The translations under genes and the position numbers were made by a program. The notes beneath the pieces are model-generated. The model worked only from the letters and a program-made list of their open reading frames with translations, searched no databases and had not been told where the DNA came from. From Eledone cirrhosa (lineage: Eukaryota): 64,000 bases of DNA. The DNA lies in NCBI GenBank assembly GCA_964016885.1, contig OZ024740.1:429598001-429662000 (forward strand), given 5' to 3'. Positions 36,813 to 51,920 of the stretch are shown here, in pieces. The first letter of the stretch is position 1. The number at the start of each line of letters is the position of its first letter.

Positions 36813-37091
36813 GACTCACGTCAACAATCAAATTCCTACAGTTCAGTACAGCAAGAATGAACATTGATAAATAAAATAGTAAACTAGATCAAGTAACTGA
36901 CATAAACACCTGAAAGATTCTAGGTCGCTGCCCAACCATGTTAACATGAAAGAGAAGTTATTTCATACAATGTTCTCATATAAAGAATCTAAACTATAAT
37001 ATATAGTTCACCTGATCACTGTACACAAGTTTCATTATTATACCATTGATGTTAATAACGTCTCATTGAATAGAATTAGGATTTAGCTTCT

Positions 37092-37166
<75 letters not shown>

Positions 37167-37354
37167 CGAAGGAAATGTGGTAAGGAACCAGGTGGACCAT
37201 AACGCACCAAAGTACTCAATACTTGAGGTAGTAGAGTGGGTAATAGGAACCAGTAAGACCCCGACAGCTGAGCTCAAGCCGTTTCGACGGCTAATTCTGG
37301 TCCAGAATTAGCCGTCGAAACGGCTTCAGCTCAGCTGTCGGGGTCTTACTGGTT

Positions 37355-37409
<55 letters not shown>

Positions 37410-37622
37410 GAGGGAGAGAGAGAGAGAGAGAGAGTGAAAGAGAGAGAGATAGAGATAACGAAGGAAGTGTGGTAAGGAACCAGTTGGACCATAACGCACC
37501 AGAGTACTCGATACTTAGGGTAATAGAGTTGGTAATAGCAAAAGTTTCAGGACCCCGACGGCAGAGCTCAAGCCGTTTTTACAGCTATTTCTGGACGCGT
37601 CCAGAAAGAGCTGTCGAAACGG

Positions 37623-37655
<33 letters not shown>

Positions 37656-37982
37656 CGGCGATGAATTAGTTTTGCGAGGTTTTTTGTTTTTTATATGAAA
37701 TCGTGTGTCGAAACAAATATTGTTATACTTGGGGAGGGTCATATTTGTGTAATATTGCCAGAATTAATAACAGAACACACTCACTGTTTGGTTGGTTTTC
37801 GCTTCTCGCTTCTGTGTCTTTTATATCGGTAATCTAACTTACTCGGTCCTCAATGTTGCCATTGACTGACCGACGGTCAAAAATAATACAGATACAATAT
37901 AGACACAAACACATATATATAGTTTATCATAAATCTTTCGTTGCACATCTGCAACATCGTCAGTGGTGTTATATTTTCCTCA

Positions 37983-40900
37983 TCCTAAACCGACGGTAGT
38001 CGGTTTAGTAATATTGTTGTCTTAGTGATTTCGTTGGCAATCGTCTCTTTACAGCATTATTAGAATGTCTTCCGATTATCAAAATCACATGAAAGTTATA
38101 TGAGCATGGAGAGTAAATCATTGCACATCTCTTATATAAGCTAAAAATCTCGAAATTTCGTTCAGCACAAAAAAGGTTATGATCAAAGTTTGCTGAAAAA
38201 AACTGTGTTCAAGTGAGTAAGTGAGTGAGTAAGGGTGACGCTCTGTGCATTTGATGCATCTCTTGGGACCGGTCAGAGGAGGATAAGGGGTTATTCGGGG
38301 TGCGGCGCTTATTCGAACCCTCCCCCAGTGACTGCGATTATTCGGGGTGAGACGCTTATTCGAACCCCCCCCCCGCTTATTCGAACCCTCCCCCCAGTGA
38401 CTGCGATTATTCGGGGTGCGGCGCTTATTCGAACCCTCCCCCCAGTGACTGCGGTTATTCGGGGTGCGGCGCTTATTCGAACCCTCCCCCAGTGACTGCG
38501 ATTATTCGGGGTGAGGCGCTTATTCGAACCCTCCCCCAGTGACTGCTGTTATTTGGGGTGAGGGTCTTATTCGAACCCCCCCTAGTGACTGCGGTTATTC
38601 GGGGTGCGGTGGTTATTTGAACCCCCCCCCCAGTGACTGCGGTTATTTTTTTGAATTTGAATTTTAAATGTTGATACAATGTGGCAGTAAACATTAATCA
38701 TTGAGCTAATTAGGAGCTATTATGTTCTCCTATCTCGCGATAAGTGGTCACACGTTGCAAACTAGTTGAGGTTGTCTTCTATTTATATTCAAATGAGTAA
38801 TCACTCACTGCATTGTTCTCTTTCAAAGCAGTCGCTGATTGATATACTAGAAATTCAGAAAATCATTTGGATTTGTACTAATAGTTGTGAATAGTTGTGC
38901 TATTTTTTGTACCGATAGGTGCGAGTAGTGAACTCATTTGCGATAGGTGCGAATAGTGTGCTCATTTGACATATGAAAATGACGTCTCTCGGCTTTTTTA
39001 TCGGCTTATTTATTTTGACTATTACAAATGAAAAATTTGTTTCCCTGCAAAAGTCTCGCCAAAATGGTCGCAAAAAAAATCGCAAAAGGTCACTTCATAC
39101 GTTTCGCGGCTTTCGAAAAAAGTCACCATATACGTTTCGCGGCTTTTTGATCGGCTTATTACTTTTTTGCCTGGCGCGAAAATGCAATATTTCCATTTCG
39201 AATGAAACAATTCCACAATCGGGCAATTCGAATGATGAAATTCACATTCAGGCGGCTTTTTACAAATCCAATAAACGAATTTACCCGATTTCCAATCAGA
39301 AATATAGAACACGTGCACTGATCTTATCATTGCTTATTATCGGTTGTGTTGAATTAAATCCTGGACCTGAATTTGAATTCAATGAGACTGATAGTGCTTC
39401 CGAATGTCCCAAAGATCAAAAAATTCATAAAGAGAATGAAAAACGGAGAAAAAATGCCATTAGGAATAGGGAGTATAAAAAACGGAAAGCTGCTGAAATA
39501 AAAGAAAAAAGACAATCAGAACAAGCAAAACATATGAATAATGCATACCAAAAAGCGCGTGAAGAAAATACAAAAATCCAAAAAAAATTATCATGTGAAA
39601 AATTGACAAAAAATCGACAAAAATGGCGTGCGTGAAGAAAATCCAAAAATCCAAAAAAAAATTATCATGTGAAAAATTGACAAAAAATCGACAAAAATGG
39701 CGCGCGTGAAAAAAAATAAAAAAAACCCAAAAAAATTTGCATGTGAAAAATTGACAAAAAATCGACCAAAAATGGCGCGCGTGAAAAAAATCCCAAAAAA
39801 ATTTGCATGTGAAAATTGATATTTGCCTTCTATTGCATTAGAATTTGTCATGTTTAATTAAAATGTTATTTTCAACTAAATGCAAATGGTGCAAATTTGC
39901 TCCATTTAGATTCAGTTGTTAATGCTCACCTACTAATTTAAAAAAATTGTATTTTCTTAAATGACTCTTATTTATCATAAGTTAATATTTTTAAGATAGG
40001 TGAGTGCTCCACGATCTGACCTATGTCCCCGCCATGTGGAGTGGATGCTTGTACCAATTAGATAAAATATCTCAACTTATTTCTGTGACTCCAATGCACA
40101 GGCTGACACTGTAGCTTGAATTAAATTCAAAATTGGTACAAGTAACTAAGAGGTCACAAAAGAATAGCTTCACTTTCACCTATAGTTTTCATTAACATCA
40201 TTTTTGGGATTTTTTGATAGAAGTAACTAAAGTAATAACTATTTAATTAAGTAGTTGTTGTTTGCATTGCCTTGAAAAATAGGAAACTAGCTAGAAAAAT
40301 GCGTACAGCAAAAAAAAGTAATATTGTTGGAACAAACCTTTAAAAATACAGGACAAGGAAGTAAGATAAACCTTTAAAAATACAGGACAAAGAACTAAGA
40401 TAAAACTTTAAAAGAATAGGACAAGGAATATAAATTTTTACAATAATATTAGTGGCAAAAATTTTATTGGAAAAATAGATAATTGATCAAATAAAAGTGA
40501 TTTATTTGAGTAACATGAAATTACTTAATGAGAAATATCAATACAATGAAATTGATCCCTGTCTTGTGTTCCTCCTCCAAGTCCGAGTTGTACCAACTGG
40601 TTCATTGGTTCATGAGGAAGTGGGCCAGGAAAAATGTAGGAAAAGTCATCATGGTTCATTTCTGTTCTTCCCTTCTACTCGAGCCCCCTCAGCGCCTGCA
40701 TCCCCCAGCTACAATGACTCCCAAATCAGCAGTCTGTTGCTCCTGCACCAACGCCTCCACCTCCTCCCCCCTCGTCGCCTGCTTCAACTTTCATCATTGC
40801 TGCGCCAACATGCCCAGTGCTGTCTGGAAGTGGTTCAACGAGTCCGGCGCCGGCTTCACCTGCTTCAAGTGCTCTCCCAGGAAGAAGCACTCTGCCCTAT

Positions 40901-42296
40901 CCACCTGCCCTTCTACCACTGCCCATGAAGCCAGTCCGGAACCGTCAACCGTGCCTCAAAGTGTCATCGAGGACCAGCAGGATTCCGAGTCGAACACGGG
41001 CCCATTCACCTTGGTCACTCGCCGTCATCGTCCCAGAGTCAAGACCCGTACCCCTCCCTCTCCCCCTCCAGTTCCTGCTCCGACCCAGTCCGAGTTGCGC
41101 CGGGTCATCCGCGAGGAGTTGGACCGGGAAAGATGACAGACAAGTGATCATGGTTGGAGTGGATGCATGCGGAACATCATAGTTGTAATTGGTGTAATGA
41201 TGGAAACTCAATTTTTTACCAATTGAATTTTGCCACTAATATTATTGTAAAAATTTATATTCCTTGTCCTATTCTTTTAAAGTTTTATCTTAGTTCTTTG
41301 TCCTGTATTTTTAAAGGTTTATCTTACTTCCTTGTCCTGTATTTTTAAAGGTTTGTTCCAACAATATTACTTTTTTTTGCTGTACGCATTTTTCTAGCTA
41401 GTATATATATGTATATATATATATAAATGTAATCTGAGTTTTTCGAATATTAATAATAACATTCGATTCGTTTGCAATTATGCAAACACGCCTCAATTTT
41501 ATAGCCATGTCAGTTGAATGAACACTTCATTCTTGCTCCTGTGTTGGCATGTAAACAGAACTGCAGACACTAATGTTTCTGGATATCACCCTTCATCAGT
41601 ACAGCTCACTCTGCCCCTGGCAAACTGTCAGAGCTAGTGAAAATATATGCTATTTTCAAAAATATACAGTGACTGATCGGCCTAATTTGCATATTAGCAG
41701 ACTGACTGATCAGTCAGATCTGCATATTAGCAGATCCACTGATCAGCCAGATTTGTATATCAGCAGACTTCTGTATACGAGCGATAAATGGCCGGCTTTG
41801 CCAAATTCTGAATACAATAATTGCTGAATACAATAAATGTAATCAGATTACATATGAGCATGCGCTGTGGTGTCCACTCTAGACCATGCATATACATATG
41901 AGCATGCGCTGTGGTGTCCACTCTACACCATGCATATACATATGAGCATACGCTGTGGTGTCCACTCTACACCATGCATATACATATGAGCATGCGCTGT
42001 GGTGTCCACTCTAGACCGACTCACGTCAACAATCAAATTCCTACAGTTCAGTACAGCAAGAATGAACATTGATAAATAAAATAGTAAACTAGATCAAGTA
42101 ACTGACATAAACACCTGAAAGATTCTAGGTCGCTGCCCAACCATGTTAACATGAAAGAGAAGTTATTTCATACAATGTTCTCATATAAAGAATCTAAACT
42201 ATAATATATAGTTCACCTGATCACTGTACACAAGTTTCATTATTATACCATTGATGTTAATAACGTCTCATTGAATAGAATTAGGATTTAGCTTCT

Positions 42297-42373
<77 letters not shown>

Positions 42374-42561
42374 CGAAGGAAATGTGGTAAGGAACCAGGT
42401 GGACCATAACGCACCAAAGTACTCAATACTTGAGGTAGTAGAGTGGGTAATAGGAACCAGTAAGACCCCGACAGCTGAGCTCAAGCCGTTTCGACGGCTA
42501 ATTCTGGTCCAGAATTAGCCGTCGAAACGGCTTCAGCTCAGCTGTCGGGGTCTTACTGGTT

Positions 42562-42616
<55 letters not shown>

Positions 42617-42829
42617 GAGGGAGAGAGAGAGAGAGAGAGAGTGAAAGAGAGAGAGATAGAGATAACGAAGGAAGTGTGGTAAGGAACCAGTTGGACCATA
42701 ACGCACCAGAGTACTCGATACTTAGGGTAATAGAGTTGGTAATAGCAAAAGTTTCAGGACCCCGACGGCAGAGCTCAAGCCGTTTTTACAGCTATTTCTG
42801 GACGCGTCCAGAAAGAGCTGTCGAAACGG

Positions 42830-42862
<33 letters not shown>

Positions 42863-43190
42863 CGGCGATGAATTAGTTTTGCGAGGTTTTTTGTTTTTTA
42901 TATGAAATCGTGTGTCGAAACAAATATTGTTATACTTGGGGAGGGTCATATTTGTGTAATATTGCCAGAATTAATAACAGAACACACTCACTGTTTGGTT
43001 GGTTTTCGCTTCTCGCTTCTGTGTCTTTTATATCGGTAATCTAACTTACTCGGTCCTCAATGTTGCCATTGACTGACCGACGGTCAAAAATAATACAGAT
43101 ACAATATAGACACAAACACATATATATAGTTTATCATAAATCTTTCGTTGCACATCTGCAACATCGTCAGTGGTGTTATATTTTCCTCAT
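37983..43190 (+). repeat. Head-to-tail duplicate of 32576-37982
   Basis: Offset is 5407 before the minisatellite and 5205-5207 after it; translated ORFs are identical. Confidence 0.95.
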
Positions 43191-44487
43191 GTTGTATTGT
43201 ATGTCTACGCCATTTTTATTCAGTCTGTCTATATATTTATTTATTTATTTGCTTGTTTGTTTATTTTATTTTGTCTTCTTTGCGCATGCGTTTGCGTGTG
43301 TGTATAGTGTTTAGTTTGCTGTGTGATGGGTGACTAGTGTGTGTTTATGTGCTTGTTGTTATTGTGCTTGTGTATGTATTTATTTATTTATTTATTTTAT
43401 TTTATTTACTTATTTATACTTCTCTTAGGTCAGTGTTGTTTGTTTGGGTGTTGTTGTTATTCCATTCATTCTTTCTGTTTAGCCTTGGTCTTCTAATTTC
43501 TATTTCACTGGCCTTTCTGATTTGCCTATCTGCTGGGTCATTTCTATGTTTAGATATTATTCTAATTTCTATGTTGTCTATGTTACCGTCATGTTGTTGT
43601 CTAGCATGTTCGTATAGTACTGACCCGTTTTTTCGTTTTTTTAGTTCCCCCCAGTGTTGGTCTATCCTTTCACCTATGCTACGAGCTGTCTCACCTATGT
43701 ATGTTGTTGTCATGTTTCTGCAAGTACCCTCTGTACATCTTATGCTATAGACTACGTTTCTAGTTTTACAGTTTATCCGGGGGTTCACCTTACATATGAT
43801 ACATTTCCTATTGGTACAGTGGGTTTTCTTAAAAGGGTAGGTTTTGCTGATCAGGGATTTTATGGTGGTTCCTGGCTTTTCTACCACCTTTATTTTTAAG
43901 TGGGTCTTTCTCAGGGCCTTTCTACACTGGTTAGCTAATTTCTTTCCAGGGGTAGCGTCCACAAACATGACACTCTGGTATCTCTGGCTGTCGTACCATG
44001 AGGTGGCTTTCCCTATCTTATGTCTAGCCCTATCTAAGCTATTCCATGATTTGCTCCTGTATAATGGGCAAATTCCTTTCATGTCCAGTTCTATGGGGGT
44101 CTTATACTTTTCCATGGCTCCTTCGTATACTCTGACTCTGTCTCTTTGATTGTAGCCAGAGAACTGCATGCGGTTGATGAAGTATTGGATGTGTCTTTCC
44201 ATTTCTGTTGGGTCGCATATGCGGGACACATTCTTCATCACTCGTACCAAATCTGCGATCAGAATATTAAACTTAGCACTACTGGACATTGCTGAGTTTT
44301 TGAGTATCAGGTATTTGGAGGCCATGGGTTTAGCATAGTGTAAGTGGAGAATGTGGGCTCTCTCGTCTATAGCGTTAATCCAGAGTTCTGTGTCTAATAC
44401 AGGTAGTCTATTGTTAGGGTGTTTGGAAGGGAAGTCGATAGTTACAGTTATACTCTGGTGTATGGAATTAGCTATCTGCTGGATGTT
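42860..44487 (-). mobile_element. Penelope-like element, 5'-truncated (RT C-terminus + GIY-YIG endonuclease + pseudo-LTR)
   Basis: See the CDS at 43414-44487. The 3' end abuts (TA)n. Confidence 0.92.
43414..44487 (-). CDS. PLE RT C-terminus, Cys-rich linker and C-terminal GIY-YIG endonuclease (Neptune/Nematis-like architecture), N-truncated
   Basis: IQQIANSIH..DFPSKHPNNRLPVLD..HYAKPMAS..SGY..CTNRKCIIC..CKTRNVVYSIRC..C..YIGETARS..ER..QH. The frame is open upstream of the annotated ATG as far as the satellite junction. Confidence 0.9.
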   Translation of the reverse strand, partial: NIQQIANSIHQSITVTIDFPSKHPNNRLPVLDTELWINAIDERAHILHLHYAKPMASKYLILKNSAMSSSAKFNILIADLVRVMKNVSRICDPTEMERHIQYFINRMQFSGYNQRDRVRVYEGAMEKYKTPIELDMKGICPLYRSKSWNSLDRARHKIGKATSWYDSQRYQSVMFVDATPGKKLANQCRKALRKTHLKIKVVEKPGTTIKSLISKTYPFKKTHCTNRKCIICKVNPRINCKTRNVVYSIRCTEGTCRNMTTTYIGETARSIGERIDQHWGELKKRKNGSVLYEHARQQHDGNIDNIEIRIISKHRNDPADRQIRKASEIEIRRPRLNRKNEWNNNNTQTNNTDLREV

Positions 44488-46806
44488 CTGTTCTGTTAGA
44501 CTATCCTATGACAGCCATATCAGAGATTCTAGGTCTGACTTGTTCTGCTAGACTATCCTATGACAGCCATATCAGAGACTCTAGGTCTGACTTGTTCTGC
44601 TAGACTATCCTATGACAGCCATATCAGAGACTCTAGATGTGACCTGTTCTGCTAGACTATCCTATGACAGCCATATCAGAGACTCTAGGTCTGACTTGTT
44701 CTGCTAGACTATCCTATGACAGTCATATCAGAGACTCTAGATGTGACCTGTTCTGTTAGTCTATCCTATGACAGCCATATCAGAGACTCTAGGTCTGACT
44801 TGTTCTGCTAGACTATCCTATGACAGCCATATCAGAGACTCTAGGTCTGACTTGTTCTGCTAGACTATCCTATGACAGCCATATCAGAGACTCTAGGTCT
44901 GACCTGTTCTGATAGACTATCCTATGACAGCCATATCAGAGACTCTAGGTCTGACTTGTTCTGCTAGACTATCTTATGATAGCCATATCAGAGACTCTAG
45001 GTCTGACTTGTTCTGCTAGACTATCCTATGACAGCCATATCAGAGACTCTAGGTCTGACTTGTTCTGCTAGACTATCCTATGACAGCCATATCAGAGACT
45101 CTAAGTCTGACTTGTTCTGCTAGACTATCCTATGATAGCCATATCAGAGACTCTAGGTCTGACTTGTTCTGCTAGACTATCCTATGACAGCCATATCAGA
45201 GACTCTAGGTCTGACCTGTTCTGCTAGACTATCCTATGACAGCCATATCAGAGACTCTAGGTCTGACTTGTTCTGCTAGACTATCTTATGATAGCCATAT
45301 CAGAGACTCTAGGTCTGACTTGTTCTGCTAGACTATCCTATGACAGCCATATCAGAGACTCTAGGTCTGACTTGTTCTGCTAGACTATCCTATGACAGCC
45401 ATATCAGAGACTCTAAGTCTGACTTGTTCTGCTAGACTATCCCATGATAGCCATATCAGAGACTCTAGGTCTGACTTGTTCTGCTAGACTATCCTATGAC
45501 AGCCATATCAGAGACTCTAGGTCTGACCTGTTCTGCTAGACTATCCTATGACAGCCATATCAGAGACTCTAGGTCTGACTTGTTCTGCTAGACTATCTTA
45601 TGATAGCCATATCAGAGACTCTAGGTCTGACTTGTTCTGCTAGACTATCCTATGACAGCCATATCAGAGACTCTAGATGTGACCTGTTCTGTCAGACTAT
45701 CCTATGACAGCCATATCAGAGACTCTAGATGTGACCTGTTCTGTCAGACTATCCTATGACAGCCATATCAGAGACTCTAGGTCTGACTTGTTCTGCTAGA
45801 CTATCTTATGATAGCCATATCAGAGACTCTAGGTCTGACTTGTTCTGCTAGACTATCTTATGATAGCCATATCAGAGACTCTAGGTCTGACTTGTTCTGC
45901 TAGACTATCTTATGATAGCCATATCAGAGACTCTAGGTCTGACTTGTTCTGCTAGACTATCTTATGATAGCCATATCAGAGACTCTAAGTCTGACTTGTT
46001 CTGCTAGACTATCTTATGATAGCCATATCAGAGACTCTAGGTCTGACTTGTTCTGCTAGACTATCCTATGATAGCCATATCAGAGACTCTAGGTCTGACT
46101 TGTTCTGCTAGACTATCCTATGACAGCCATATCAGAGACTCTAGATGTGACTTGTTCTGCTAGACTATCCTATGACAGCCATATCAGAGACTCTAGATCT
46201 GACCTGTTCTGCTAGACTATCCTATGACAGCCATATCAGAGACTCTAGATCTGACTTGTTCTGCTAGACTATCCTATGACAGCCATATCAGAGACTCTAG
46301 ATCTGACCTGTTCTGCTAGACTATCCTATGACAGCCATATCAGAGACTCTAGATGTGACCTGTTCTGCTAGACTATCCTATGACAGCCATATCAGAGACT
46401 CTAAGTCTGACTTGTTCTGCTAGACTATCCTATGACAGCCATATCAGAGACTCTAGATCTGACCTGTTCTGCTAGACTATCCTATGACAGCCATATCAGA
46501 GACTCTAGATGTGACCTGTTCTGCTAGACTATCCTATGACAGCCATATCAGAGACTCTAGATCTGACCTGTTCTGCTAGACTATACTATGACAGCCATAT
46601 CAGAGACTCTAGATCTGACCTGTTCTGCTAGACTATCCTATGACAGCCATATCAGAGACTCTAGATCTGACCTGTTCTGCTAGACTATACTATGATAGCC
46701 ATATCAGAGACTCTAGGTCTGACCTGTTCAGCTAGACTACCCTATGATAGCCATATCAGAGACTCTAGATCTGACCTGTTCTGCTAGACTATCCTATGAC
46801 AGCCAT
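44488..46806. repeat. 52-bp satellite, about 44 units
   Basis: TGTTCTGCTAGACTATCCTATGACAGCCATATCAGAGACTCTAGGTCTGACT. Confidence 0.97.
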
Positions 46807-46941
46807 ACATATATGTGTGTATTTATATATATATACATACTACTGTACGTCTGTATACATATATGTATGTACGTGTACATACTTATATTTAAGTAACATC
46901 CGTACTAAGATTGGGAAATGAAATTTCGTTTCATTTTTTCT

Positions 46942-46994
<53 letters not shown>

Positions 46995-46999
<5 letters not shown>

Positions 47000-47200
47000 G
47001 TGGTTACACAACAGTTAGTTCACCATACCGAGAACAATTGTTTCACCTTCCCGGATCTTCAGCTCGGGATGAAGATCCGCGAAGGTGAAACAATTGTTCT
47101 CGGTATGGTGAACGAACTGTTGTGTAACCACTTCTACCTAACTCGTCCCTGGACTGAGTGGTCTACCACTACGGATATTACCTTCCAGTGTTCTACCACT
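46995..47200. mobile_element. Fold-back PLE-like terminus with hammerhead candidate (47028-47067, minus)
   Basis: CCGAG-CTGAAGA-TCCGGGAAGGT-GAA-ACAATTGT-T-CTCGG; arms about 65 bp. Duplicate at 53284-53490. Confidence 0.7.
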
Positions 47201-47383
47201 ATATATATATATATAGTTATGTAATAAACAACATAAGATAATTATTTCATTTACCAAAATATTACATAACTAAATAGCTCTTTAGTCTACATAGAGCACT
47301 CTCTTTTCCTTTACCTTTCCTACGGAAACACTTCATATATATATATATATATTGTTATACTTTGGGAGGGTCAAATTCAAAAA

Positions 47384-47453
<70 letters not shown>

Positions 47454-47723
47454 ATAAAGAGAGAGAGAGGGGAGAAAGAAAGATGGAAAAAAATAGAGAA
47501 AGAGAGATAGAAAGAGAGAGAGGAAGAGAGAGATGGGTGGAAAAGGAGAGAAGTAACAAGAAACAAAATAGCAAGTTGTAGTTAACCCACAAATTCTCAC
47601 ACGCCACCGCGCATTTTCACTATGGCAAGTTTGGCTAACGTTCAACTTAACTAACATTACTGGAGTAACAGTACTTGGTACATACATACACACACACGTA
47701 CGTACGTACGTACATACACATAT

Positions 47724-48071
47724 ATGATGGCTGCCCTCTCGTTATTGAGTATGGCCATTGCACGATATACCATTATTAATAATTATCAATTAATTCTATC
47801 GCGCAATGCCTGTGCGTGAAGTTATTTTTTAAAGTGAGGAAAGACTGTGCACTGAGCCAATCCCACTCCCTGAGCGACAGTAGCTATAACCCGAAAAGAA
47901 GAAAATATCAACATCATCGGTAACTTCTGAACCGCAGGTTTTATATCGGAGTTATCCCAGTTTCCTGAGTTGCCTTCTCCTAGGAGAATGACAAAGACAA
48001 GGTGTCCTTCACTCCCAGTGGTTTAACCGCCCGATCGAGTATCTAGCTCGACTATTTCTATGTCCCCGCGC
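47724..48071 (-). mobile_element. RTE-derived element, family C
   Basis: RTE-like 3' stem-loop GGCCATACTCAATAACGAGAGGGCAGCC plus 5' UTR block; duplicate at 54006-54352. Confidence 0.7.
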
Positions 48072-48138
48072 ATACATACATACATACATACATACATACA
48101 TACATACATACATACATACATACATACATACATACATA

Positions 48139-48684
48139 CATGGTGGCTGCCAACTCGTTTTCGAGTACGGCCACTATTTTATATCCATGTAGGAGAACCC
48201 CTACTGATGCGCTGAACGAGTGTGACTTTTTAGTCCAGCCAGCGACTTGACAACTCTGGTACAAACACTACACTTGTGACAATTATTGACACAGTGCTGG
48301 GCCCATGGTACCATGTGACGACAAGTGCAGAGAGATCTCCAGATATAAAGCAATGCCTGTGCCGTGAAGCTTTTATAGTGAGCAAAGGCACTGCACAAAG
48401 CCAGTCCCACTCTCTTAACCAAGATGATATTTACCAAAAAGAAGAACAAGTCAACATCATTGGATACCATCAGAGTTGCAGGTGTTATATCAGAGTTTTA
48501 CTTCTCCTAGAATTCTGCCTTGACAAAGGCTAAGGGGTCATCTCTCCCAGTGATTTTGGATGGCCATTGACTCTTAAGAGCTCCTTTGCCCTTTGACAGG
48601 TTTTGTTTTTAGTCCTGCAGGATGTCCAAAGTCACCCTCCTCACCAAGAAACCTTGGTGGGGTTGCCAATGACCCGACCATGAG
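48139..48684 (-). mobile_element. RTE-derived element, family A (chimeric copy)
   Basis: Left-part variants match the 54413 copy; right-part variants match the 30101 copy. Confidence 0.8.
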
Positions 48685-48703
48685 ATATATATATATATAT
48701 ATA

Positions 48704-49900
<1,197 letters not shown>

Positions 49901-50102
49901 TTTCCATTGTTCCCAAAAGAGGTTTTTTAAAGTGTGTCAGTACTGTACAATAGTCCACGCATAACTGACTACAAGTTTATTTCATTATACATATTTCAAG
50001 GACACCAAGTCAAATTATGGTGCGCTTTCATCAGATAAAATATAATATAGATCAGTTTTATAAATAAATATTGACATACCCTTAAAGAATGCGACCATTT
50101 CT

Positions 50103-51368
50103 GTCAGAGTATACGAAGGAGCCATGGAAAAGTATAAGACCCCCATAGAACTGGACATGAAAGGAATTTGCCCATTATACAGGAGCAAATCATGGAATAG
50201 CTTAAATAGGGCTAGACATATGATAGGGAAAGCCACTTCATGGTACGACAACCAGAGATACCAGAGTGTCATGTTTGTGGACGCTACCCCTGGAGGGAAA
50301 TTAGCTAACCAGTGTAGAAAGGCCCTGAGAAAGACCCACTTAAAAATAAAGGTGGTAGAAAAGCCAGGAACCACCATAAAATCCCTGATCAGCGAAACCT
50401 ACCCTTTTAAGAAAACCCACTGTACCAATAGGAAATGTATTATATGTAAGGTGAACCCCGGATAAACTGTAAAACTGGAAACGTAGTCTATAGCATAAGA
50501 TGTACAGAGGGTACTTGCAGAAACATGACAACAACATACATAGGTGAGACAGCTCGTAGCATAGGTGAAAGGATAGACCAACACTGGGGGGAACTAAAAG
50601 GACGAAAAAACGGGTCACTACTATACGAACATGCTAGACAACAACATGACGGTAACATAGACAACATAGAAATTAGAATAATATCTAAACATAGAAATGA
50701 CCCAGCAGATAGGCAAATCAGAAAGGCCAGTGAAATAGAAATTAGAAGACCAAGGCTAAACAGAAAGAATGAATGGAATAACAACAACACCCAAACAAAC
50801 AACACTGACCTAAGAGAAGTATAAATAAGTAAATAAAATAAAATAAATAAATAAATAAATAAATACACAAGCACAATAACAACAAGCACATAAACACACA
50901 CTAGTCACCCATCACACAGCAAACAAAACACTATACACACACGCAAACGCATGCGCAAAGAAGACAAAATAAAATAAACAAACAAGCAAATAAATAAATA
51001 AATATATAGACAGACTGAATAAAAATGGCGTAGACATACAATACAACAGGAGGAAAATATAACACCACTGACGATGTTGCAGATGTGCAACGAAAGATTT
51101 ATGATAAACTATATATATGTGTTTGTGTCTATATTGTATCTGTATTATTTTTGACCGTCGGTCAGTCAATGGCAACATTGAGGACCGAGTAAGTTAGATT
51201 AACGATATAAAAGACACAGAAGCGAGAAGCGAAAACCAAACAAACAGTGAGTGTGTTCTGTTATTAATTCTGGCAATATTACACAAATATGACCCTCCCC
51301 AAGTATAACAATATTTGTTTCGACACACGATTTCATATAAAAAACCTCGCAAAACTAATTCATCGCCG

Positions 51369-51371
<3 letters not shown>
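50103..51371 (+). mobile_element. Penelope-like element, inverted second copy with a 1-bp frameshift near 50457
   Basis: Reverse complement of 42860-44138 with scattered substitutions; YIGET motif in ORF 50525-50824. Confidence 0.92.
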
Positions 51372-51413
<42 letters not shown>

Positions 51414-51920
51414 TATATATAGAAATACAAAATTTCTATATATATCGTCTGATTGTTTTGTCATTAAAACAGAGTGGGTGAGTTTGGGTGAGTGTTGGGT
51501 GAGTGTGGAATGAGTGTGGGGTGAGTGTGGGGTGAGTAACAGGCTGAGTGTGTGATGAGTGTGTTGTGAGTAACAGGATGGCTAGGTGTCCAGTAAGAGG
51601 GTGGGTAGTCGTCAAATAAGTAACCTCACCCTAACGCTTCTTTTTCTTCCTTCTTTCAGTCTTAGTCTTCCTTCCATCGAAAGTGAAACATCCGTTTTGT
51701 TTTATCTAATAGCTAGAATATATGTGACTCGCCACACTTGCATATTCATAGATTTCTCTGCTGGAACAGTTGTGTCAACCCATTGTAGAATTAATAGTTA
51801 ATCATCTGTGAAGTCACTGGTGTTCACAACACCGAGGTCATCTAATTAAACTGATGATGGTCACATGAGCTTACTGCTTACTATGAGACAAGCAGGATTT
51901 TGATCGAGGCTTACTCCTCC

